A stretch of 64,000 bases of DNA, from the NCBI RefSeq assembly GCF_006345805.1, contig NC_043002.1, positions 29,636,001 to 29,700,000 of the forward strand, read 5' to 3'. The translations under genes and the position numbers were made by a program. How positions within the stretch are numbered: position 1 is the stretch's first letter; every line of letters starts with the position of its first letter. The notes beneath the pieces were generated by a model. It saw only the letters and a list, made by a program, of their open reading frames with translations, had not been told where the DNA came from and searched no databases. Shown here one piece after another: positions 54,547-64,000 of the stretch. Origin of the DNA: Octopus sinensis (taxonomy: Eukaryota).

Positions 54547-55179
54547 TATATATATATGGATGTACGTATCTGTGTACGTTTGCTTACGTATATCATTGAA
54601 ATTCTTAACACGTTCTTCGATGTATTGCATGTTGCTCTTACGCTTCCATTCAGATTGCAAACACGTTTTGTTTTCACAATGCTCGTTATTGTGGATCCTA
54701 GGGAAGATTTCTACCAATCAATTAATGGGGTCAACGTTGTCGACAAATCGCCTCTCCTGAAAATTACTGATCTTGAGCAAAGATCAGAAGGCATTATTAT
54801 TATTATTTTTGTATTGTGTCGAGTTGGCAGAATCGTTCCCATATCAAAATGCATAGTAGAATTTTCGTCCGTCTTTCGTTCATCTAATAATAATCCTTTT
54901 TACGCAACTGAAGCAACACTAAATTAAAACAGCAATCTGTGTACCATACATAACGTAGATACACAGTCGACGAGCAAGATATTGTAGTTTTCGTTGAAGG
55001 TGGAATGTCTTACAGATGTGCTGTTTTTAAAAGCATAAAAAAATAACGGATGGAGACAAAAATCGTCCTTGCAGCGGTTGGCGAGAACGCCAAATTTCTT
55101 ACGTATGTAAATATCTATTTGTATGCTACATGCGAGTAGTGTATTTATCCTCCGCTCATGTATGTGTGTGTGTGTATGT

Positions 55180-55560
55180 GGAGGCGCAATGGCCCAGTGG
55201 TTAGGGCAGCGGACTCGCGGTCGTAGGATCGCGGTTTCGATTCCCAGACCGGGCATTGTGAGTGTTTATTGAGCGAAAACACCTAAAGCTTCACAAGGCT
55301 CCTGCAGGGGATGGTGGTGAACCCTGCTGTACTCTTTCACCACAACTTTCTCTCACTCTTTCTTCCTGTTTCTGTTGTACCTGTATTTCAAAGGGCCAGC
55401 CTTGTCACACTCTGTGTCACTCTGAATCTCCTCGAGAACTACGTTAAGGGTACACGTGTCTGTGGAATGCTCAGCCATTTGCACGTTAATTCCACGAGCA
55501 AGCTGATACGTTGATCGTATCAGCTGGGACCCTCATCGTCGTAACCGACGGAGTGCTCCT
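55180..55560 (+). mobile_element. tRNA(Arg)-like-derived SINE, full length
   Basis: Head GGAGGCGCAATGGCCCAGTGGTTAGGGC (A box) ... GGTTTCGATTCCC (B box); near-identical inverted copy at 34355-34736; 3' stem-loop. Confidence 0.9.
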
Positions 55561-55594
55561 ATTCGTGTGTGTATGTGTATGTGTGAGAGATGGG

Positions 55595-55631
<37 letters not shown>

Positions 55632-55780
55632 TAAATGTAAAATGAGTGCGTGTGAGTATTGATGTGTTCTTTTTTGTAATATCGGAGTGTCGTTCCATAT
55701 GTTTTCACAAAAATTGTCACTAAAATACTCACACATAGACATGCACGCACGTATATGCTTACAATGTGTACCTTTCTGTG

Positions 55781-55989
55781 TCTTTTATTCTTTAACTTGA
55801 TTCATTCGTTTCACTACGGTCATACTGGAGCACTGCCCTGAAGTGTTTTAATTGAACCAATCGACCCCAGGACTTTTTATTTTGCCTTAGTACTCACTCT
55901 ATCGGCGCTGTTGCCGAACCGCTATGTTACTGGAAGAAAAGACATCAACAACGGTTGTCAAGATGTAATGGTGGCACTAACACATACAC

Positions 55990-56067
<78 letters not shown>

Positions 56068-56193
56068 ATACGCTGTTTCCGTCTACCAAATCCATTCAAA
56101 AGGATTAGGTCGGCCAAAGTCTAAAATGGAAGACAGGACTAATAGTGGAACTATGTGGTTGGGGACCAAGCTTCTTACCACAAAGCTACGCCT
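55781..56193 (-). mobile_element. Diverged SINE (43028 family)
   Basis: cggtcatactggagcac, tcgaccccaggact, ttgccgaaccgcta, tttccgtctaccaaatcca, aagcttcttaccaca. Confidence 0.75.
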
Positions 56194-56202
56194 GTACATC
56201 TA

Positions 56203-56276
<74 letters not shown>

Positions 56277-56440
56277 AACACATATATGCACACATTCGTA
56301 CATAAAGGAACACTCACAAATACAGAAAAGCATACGTATGCGTCACATGCATATATGTGTGTGTGTGTGTCAGTCTGTGTCTATGTGTGTGTCTGTGTGT
56401 GAATGTGTGTGTATGCGTGTATTTGTGTATATGCATGCAT

Positions 56441-59400
56441 ATTCATGTCAGGTCTCCGCTTGGAGCTACTGGTAACATGTAACCCAGTACAACCTGTTAC
56501 ATGGTCGGGTCGTTGGCGACTAAACTGGCAACCCCACCAAGATTTCTTGGTGAGGAGGGTGATTTGGACACCCAGCAGGACTAAAAACAAAACCTGTCAA
56601 AGGTCAGAGGAACTCTCTCTCATGAGTCAATGGCCATCCAAAATCCGTAGTGGAGCCCCTAAGGCGGTTGGATTGCGCCATGCGTGCCACCTTCCGGCAG
56701 CTCCTCCTGCTCTTGGTCTACCCCCAGTCGTCTTGACTTTGTCTTGCTACTGGATCCGGCGCACCAGGACGAGAGAGTGAGGCTGATCCTGCGCAAGTCA
56801 CCCTCACTATAATCCAAGTCACGCGCATGTCACGACATCATGACGCCATGACACCATCCAAAGTCCTGTGGCGATGGGGAAACGGCGAAGTAGCAGGTGA
56901 GGATACACTGGGAGCTGCAGTCGTGAACCCACACCAGGCGGCTCAGGACATGTGGTCGCCCCTCACTGAACTGAGGCAGCAGTGGAGTCCGGCAGCCTCC
57001 TGAGTGACCGAGCAGCCCTCTTCAGGATCGCTCTGCTCGCCTCCCCAGCATGAGGACGGGGCTAGAAAAGGTTGCCCTAAACATAGCCTGCCTCACCTCA
57101 CCCTGGTCAGCAAACCGCGGCTGGCGGGGATCCTTTCCAAGCGGTCGAAACAAAGAAAGAAGAAAACAAACAAAGGTGCTCACTTTCGCAACTTGGAACG
57201 TGAGAACTCTGCTTGACAACACCAAAGCGGACAGACCAGAGAGACGAACTGCCCTGGTGGCGAGAGAACTGAGCCGATACAGTGTCGATATTGCAGCACT
57301 GAGCGAGACCCGCCTTGCGGACAAAGGCCAGCTGACAGAGACAGGCGGCGGCTACACTTTCTTTTGGAGTGGTCGCAGCAGCGAAGAGCGTCGTGAGGCT
57401 GGTGTTGGTTTTGCCATTAAGTCAGTACACGTGCGGAAACTGGAAAGCCCCCCCGAGGGTATCAACGATCGGCTGATGAAGATGCAGCTCCCACTTGGAA
57501 ACAAGACTAGTGCGACCATCATCAGTGCTTACGCCCCCACCATGACCAACCCTGAAGAAGTTAAGGACAGGTTCTATGAGGAACTCGACTCCCTCATCAC
57601 GTCAGCCCAGCCTGGGAAGCTCATCCTCCTTGGGATTTTAACGCCCGTGTCGGGACTGACCACCAAGCCTGGCATCGCGTACTGGGAAAGCAAGGAATCG
57701 GAAAGTGCAACAGCAACGGACAGCTCCTCCTGCGTGCGTGTGCCTCTCATGATCTTACCATCGCCAACACCTTGTTCCGTCTGCCAACACGCAACAAGAC
57801 ATCATGGATGCATCCACGCTCCAAACACTGGCATCTGATAGATTACGTCATCGTCAGGGCGAAAGACAGGCGGGACGTGAGACTGGTCAAAGCCATGTGC
57901 GGAGCTGACTGCTGGACGGACCATCGCCTCATCATCTCCAGGATGGATTTCTACATCCGACCTAAGAGAAGACCACAGGGTCAGAAAGTGACGAGGAAGC
58001 TTAACATCACGAAATTAAAGAACCAGCTGACTGCACAAGATCTCCAGTCACGTATGGACAGTAAGCTGTTGGACATTCGGAGTGACCAGTCCAGCATCGA
58101 TGAGCAGTGGGAATCATTCAGGGACACGGTTCATTCCATCGCCCTTGAAACTCTGGGCCAAATTACGAGGAACCACCAGGACTGGTTCGACGAAAACGAC
58201 CAGGAATCCAAAAGCTCCTGGAAGAGAAACGCCGTCTGCTGCGGGCTCACCAAAATGACACCACCTGCACGGCAAAGAAGGCCGCTTTCAACAACATTCG
58301 CAGCACAGTCCAGGCTAAACTCCGCCTCATGCAAGACGCATGGTTAAGCGCCAAGGCGGATGAGATTCAGGGATACGCAGACAAACACGACACCAAGAAA
58401 TTCTACGAGGCGCTGAAAGCTGTCTATGGACCGCAGTTCTCCTTTGGATCAACCCCCCTGCTCAGCTCAGATGGAACCTCACTCCTGACTAACAAGAGGC
58501 TGATCCTGGAGAGATGGGCGGAGCACTTCAACATCGTGCTCAACCGACCAGCCCAGATCAACGAGGAAGCCATCGCACGACTCCCCCAGGTGCAACAACC
58601 ACGAGTTGGCTGTTCCCCCTGCAGTCGAGGAAGTGAGCAGAGCCATCAAAAAAATGTCCACCGGCAAAGCTCCAGGCTCTGACGCCATCCCTGCAGAGGT
58701 GTTCAAGTCGGGCGCCCCACCATGATCAGTCAGCTCACCAGCCTGTTCCAGTCGATGTGGGACAGGGAACAACTCCCTCAAGATTTCCGGGATGCAACAA
58801 TCGTTCACATTTATAAGCGGAAAGGAGATCGGCAGTCCTGCGACAACCACCGAGGTATTTCCCTCTTGTCCATAGCAGGCAAGATCCTGGCCCGGGTCCT
58901 GCTTGACCGCCTTCTGGAACACTTGGAGCAAGGCCTTCTCCCTGAGAGCCAGTGTGGCTTCCGTGCGGGTCGAGGGACCACTGACATGATATTCGCCGCC
59001 CGCCAGCTCCAGGAGAAATGCATGGAGCAGCACCTTGACCTCTGCATGACCTTTGTTGACCTCACCAAGGCCTTTGATACAGTCAGTCGGGAGGGACTAT
59101 GGAAGGTCATGGGAAAATTTGGTTGCCCCAGCAAATTTATTGCAATTGTCCGCCAGTTCCACGACGGAATGACAGCCAGAATCCTTGAAGACGGCGACTC
59201 ATCTGAAGCCTTCCAGGTGACCACGGAGTCAGGCAGGGCTGTGTCCTGGCCCCAACACTGTTCAGCATCATGTTCTCGGCAATGATGTCCGACGCCTTTA
59301 GGGACTGCAAGTCCGGTATCAACATCAAGTACAGGACAGACGGGAAACTTTTCAACTCCAGAGATTGCAGGCTGTCACAAAGGTGAGGGAGACAGTCGTC

Positions 59401-60412
59401 AGAGACTTTCTCTTTGCTGACGACTGCGCCCTTAATGCAATCGATGAGCAGGAGATGCAGCTCGAGATGGACAGGTTCTCATCAGCCTGTGACAACTTCG
59501 GTCTCACCATCAGTGCAAAGAAAACTGAAGTGATGTTTCAGCCAGCCCCCGGCAAACAATACCATGAGCCTCAGATAAGGTTGAACGGACGGATCCTACG
59601 AGTGGTGGAAAACTTCACCTACCTGGGCAGCACTCTCTCCTGCAATGCCAACATAGATGCTGAAACCATCAACAGAATCTCCAAGGCAAGCAGCGCGTTT
59701 GGGAGACTGCGAAAGAAAGTCTGGGAGCGGAGAGGAATCAGCCTCAACACCAAGCTGAAAGTCTACCGGGCAGTCGTGCTTACCACCCTACTATACGGCT
59801 GCGAGACGTGGACTGCTTACCGAAGGCACGAGCGCCAGATAAACCACTTCCATCTCAGGTGTCTTCGGAATCTCCTTCACATCCGCTGGCAGGACAAAGT
59901 CCCAGACACGGAAGTTCTGAAGCAGGCAGATCTCCCTAGCACCATCACAATCATGCGCAAGGCCCAGCTGAGATGGGCGGGCCACGTCTCCCGCATGTCC
60001 GACACTCGCATCCCAAAACAGCTCTTCTACGGTGAACTCGGCCAGGGCAGGCGCAAAGTCGGAGGGCAGAAAAAGCGCTACAAGGATAGTCTCAAGCTCT
60101 CTCAAAGACTTCTCCATCGGAACAGAGACCTGGGAGACACTTGCTGCCAACCGCTCATCCTGGCGCAGCGCAATCACCGTGGGAGCAGGGACAGCCGAGG
60201 AGGGACGGATTCGGTCAGCGGAGCAGAAACGTCAGATGCGTAAAGTCAGAGCCGCCTGCACCAGTAGCACTGCCCCTACCCACTTCTGCCCCACCTGTGG
60301 GAGGGGCTTCCTTGCCCGGATTGGCCTCACCAGCCACCTCCGGTCTCATGGCGGCAGTTCCATCAGATGATGTCAGTTGGTCATCTTCGAACCGAAGGAC
60401 GAACATTATCAT
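56441..60412 (+). mobile_element. Full-length RTE-clade non-LTR retrotransposon (LINE)
   Basis: GC-rich block flanked by a perfect 13-bp direct repeat TATATGCATGCAT (56428-56440 and 60413-60425). It has a ~600-bp 5' leader, one APE-RT-ZnF ORF, a 3' stem-loop (60380-60400) and a short CATTATCAT tail. Confidence 0.97.
57050..60370 (+). pseudogene. RTE ORF: APE endonuclease, reverse transcriptase and C-terminal C2H2 zinc finger, split by about 7 frameshifts
   Basis: Motifs in correct order across ORF pieces: TWNVRTL, IAALSETR, SAYAPT, HLIDYV (APE); RGISLLS, ESQCGFR, FVDLTKAFDTV, FLFADD, FTYLGS, LYGCETW, LRWAGHV (RT); CPTCGRGFLARIGLTSHLRSH (zinc finger). Confidence 0.95.
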
Positions 60413-60767
60413 TATATGCATGCATCCATTTATCTATAAGCACACGAATACATACGCATACATCGCTGCCCACATACATACACATTCACGCACACTTATG
60501 TCTTACATGTAAATACAAATTCGCGCGTGTGCGTATGTATATATGAAAGTATGTATATATTATATATATATAATTATATATATATATGCATATATATACA
60601 CGTATATATAAATGTGTATACATATATACTTATATATACGTATATATATATATATATATACATATTCTATAAGTACATATATGTTTATATATATTTATAT
60701 ATATATATGTTATGTGTATATGTACATTATACATACATACGTACTCGCATATATATATATATATATA

Positions 60768-60802
<35 letters not shown>

Positions 60803-61467
60803 ACTATAAACTATAAAACTTCTGGCTTGTTGCCAGTCCGTCTGGGAAAGCATTTTCTATTTGACATTCTTTAAGACAAAGTGATTAATTTAGTAAAACA
60901 GGTGTTTGTGAAATTAAAAACGGTCAAATTGTAGGTGTCGCTAGTGAGATGGCTTTAGCATATTTCTCATATAACTCTCATACATTCTGAAAGCCTGGTT
61001 GGGATTATTGAATAAACAAAACGAGGAGCAAAAGACCTAAACAAACATGAAAATCTCTACAAGAAAATTGGCCAATAAAAAACAAACAAGAAAAACAAAT
61101 TATCATCTCGTAAAGTATGCAGTCATAAAGTTTAAACAATATAAATATACACAGAACCATATACACTCACAAACATGCGCACGTACATTGATATGCTTAT
61201 GCACACAGATATATACACTCAAATACATACATGAACAGACACAAACAGATAGGGAAAAAAATATTGTTATTCTTCGTGTTGTCACATTTATATGAAGGTA
61301 TATATGTAGCTATAAATAGATACATACATGTGTTTATATACATGTACGTTCATACATTCATACATATATATATATACGTCTATATATACGCATAAATACA
61401 TATACATATATGTATATTATATTATATATATATATATATGTCTATAAGTATATATATGTGTTTAATA

Positions 61468-61536
<69 letters not shown>

Positions 61537-62064
61537 GCGTGTATGTACATATATATATATATACACACACATACGTATATATATATATATATACGTGTGT
61601 ATGTGTGCATATTGTATGAACAACAATATATATTTATATATATGTATGTATATGTATATATGTATCTATATATATATATAGATATATGTATAATATATAT
61701 ATATATGTGTACGTATATAGGTTTATATATATGTGTCTGTGTGTGTCTGTGTGTATGTATGTATGTGTGTCTTCGTGCGTGTATGCGTGTGTGTATCTAT
61801 ATATTTTCCTATGGTACGGAGATGTACTTCGCTTCAACAACACTAAAGACTAAAGACAATAACAACAAGGTCTACATCAATTATAGTGCCAGGAAGAAAT
61901 TGTACGGACGACCACCATAAAGGTTTCATGATGAAGTTTATTAGAAAACTATGTAGAATACAAAAATATGCCTCTCTCACTCTCCCCTTCTCCCATGACC
62001 CTTCCCTCCCACCCTCTCCCTCACTCTCTCTCTCTTTTCCTCTCTCTGTCTATATATGTACGAG

Positions 62065-62107
<43 letters not shown>

Positions 62108-63369
62108 AAGTATGTACATCTATACATATACATGCATATGTGCGTATGTATTTGTCTCCGCGTACCTAAATCTGTGTATGTGTATCTATCCATATGCCTG
62201 TCTTTCTATATCTATATATATTTTATCTCTCGTTACACCTACACCCCCATCCACCCCCCATACACACACACGCACACACACACATTTGTCCAAATATCTC
62301 TAGACTGTATGATTCTATGTGCTTGAATGTGCGCTACTGTTAGTGTGGTATATGACAGTTTAGACATATTTTTAATTACACATACTTTCATATAGAAACG
62401 CACACATTTATGTATGCATATATATATATATATATATATGTATATATCTTTGTGTGCTCGTCGCTGCGTTATAATTACATATGTGTGTGTGTATTTGTAT
62501 GTATGTGCATACATATAACTGTGTATGTGTGTGAGTGTGTATGTAAGTTAACATAAGATTAATGAGGATTTTCAAAGAAATATTTTCATATTTTTTCTCA
62601 TTCTTTCACATATGATAATACAAGCGTAGAAGAAAAATGATGAAGCAAAAACATAATGTGGGTGGTAGGAATGGTAGAATTTGTTTATAGGGTACATGAA
62701 CGGGTGGTTTCAGGGGTGGGCTGATGTTTGACAGCCTTATACTTACGAGCTGTAATCATCTTTTGTTTTCTTTCTGTTATATTTCGTTCCAAATACATTA
62801 GTAACCGTATCTCTATTGAGCGAGCCAGATACCGTGTGTGTATGAGTGTGCACACGCACATACACACGGGCATATATATTCTTATATACAAACACACATA
62901 TGTACACACACACACACACACACGCACGCACACACATGACAAGGGTTTCATTTGTTGATTTGGACAGGGAGCCACAAGACTGAAATGTATGAAGAATGGT
63001 TCCTCAAATTTTGAAAGAGAGAAAACGAAGCACAAGATTAAGAAAAGGCATAGAAAGAATGAACTTGTGGAAAACGCGAGAGTGTTGCTTTTTATGTGAG
63101 TGATTTGAGGGACGAAATGCTTGAGTCATGCAGACCTGGTAAACCATCAGAAAGCTCACGGATAATCAACCCATTGTAAATTGTTATAGGTCTATTGTTC
63201 ACAACAGAACAAGTGCAACATGTGGAGAGGTGTACCTTTCAGTTTGAGGATTGAAAAGGCATGTCAAAAGAATTCCTACTGTGGCACTTGCTCCCTCCAC
63301 GAGCCAGCAAAGCTGTGCATTATACAACAGAATGGACAAATCTATGGCCCGGTTCAAGAGTCATACAAG

Positions 63370-63516
63370 TACTTGTTCTATCCGTGTCTTTTGCTGAACC
63401 GCTCAGTTACAAGGACGTAAACACACCAACATCGGTTATCAAACAATGATGAGTGACAAACATACACGCAAATACATACATACATACATACACACATACA
63501 TACATACATACATACA

Positions 63517-63579
<63 letters not shown>

Positions 63580-63655
63580 TTACATATACAACGGGCTTCT
63601 TTCACTTTCTGTCTGCCAAATCCACAGACAAGGTTTTTGTCGGTTTCGGTTAATT
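63370..63655 (-). mobile_element. SINE fragment (43028 family) with expanded (TACA)n
   Basis: ttttgctgaaccgct.agttac..gacgtaaacacaccaacatcggtt...acgggcttctttcac. Confidence 0.7.
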
Positions 63656-63882
63656 ATATAATCAGGATCATATTTCGCAATAGTTCTGAATAGTTTTGAC
63701 AATACAACTATAAATTGTTTTTACTCGGACTAAAACCGCAGTCTATAGCTTTTCAGCCACTTATATATATTCATTACGTTATATTGATGATGTATTTACC
63801 ATTGAGCTGGATCTGTTGAATAAATGACTTTTTGTTCTCTTTATGCGGCGCTTTTTCATACCAGAGTATATTTTAAATACTA

Positions 63883-64000
63883 TACGAGGAAGTGCGGAAA
63901 GTTCCTCACAGATTCACACAAATTTCCAGTGTTCCTTCAACTTTTGTAGCCCTGTAAATGAACTCAGAATGTTGGGCCACCAACCAGGACTTTCGCGACA
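63883..64000. mobile_element. Possible mariner end, cut by the window edge
   Basis: TA|CGAGGAAGTGCGGAAAGTTCC resembles the TA|CGAGGGGTGTATGAAAAG end at 39389. Confidence 0.35.

Noticed and set aside
55180-55255. tRNA-Arg gene
   Set aside because: tRNA-like head continuous with a SINE body found in multiple copies; not a standalone tRNA.
58131-60177. Antisense ORFs of up to 184 aa inside the LINE
   Set aside because: Expected shadow ORFs opposite a GC-rich coding sequence.

Overview
AT-rich eukaryotic non-coding DNA, dense in microsatellites. The SINE families, (TA)n/(CA)n/(TAGA)n load and TTAGGG repeats are typical of an octopus (cephalopod) genome; the species assignment is inference. No host protein-coding gene is supported, and almost all ORFs in the track are translations of microsatellites. 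Supported content: (1) a full-length ~3.97 kb RTE-clade LINE (56441-60412) with a 13-bp TSD; (2) decayed mariner, Penelope-like (GIY-YIG) and RTE-like remnants, and a non-autonomous Helitron; (3) many tRNA-derived SINEs with shuffled modules; (4) a 22/23-bp satellite running directly into an internal TTAGGG/TTCGGG array; (5) several foldback inverted repeats and a 100-N gap. The most notable hidden signal is five type-I hammerhead-ribozyme-like motifs. One has a fully canonical core (10838-10931, minus strand). Three belong to a dispersed minimal family with a non-canonical U at core position 6 (CUGUNGA) and stem I covariation. One is decayed.
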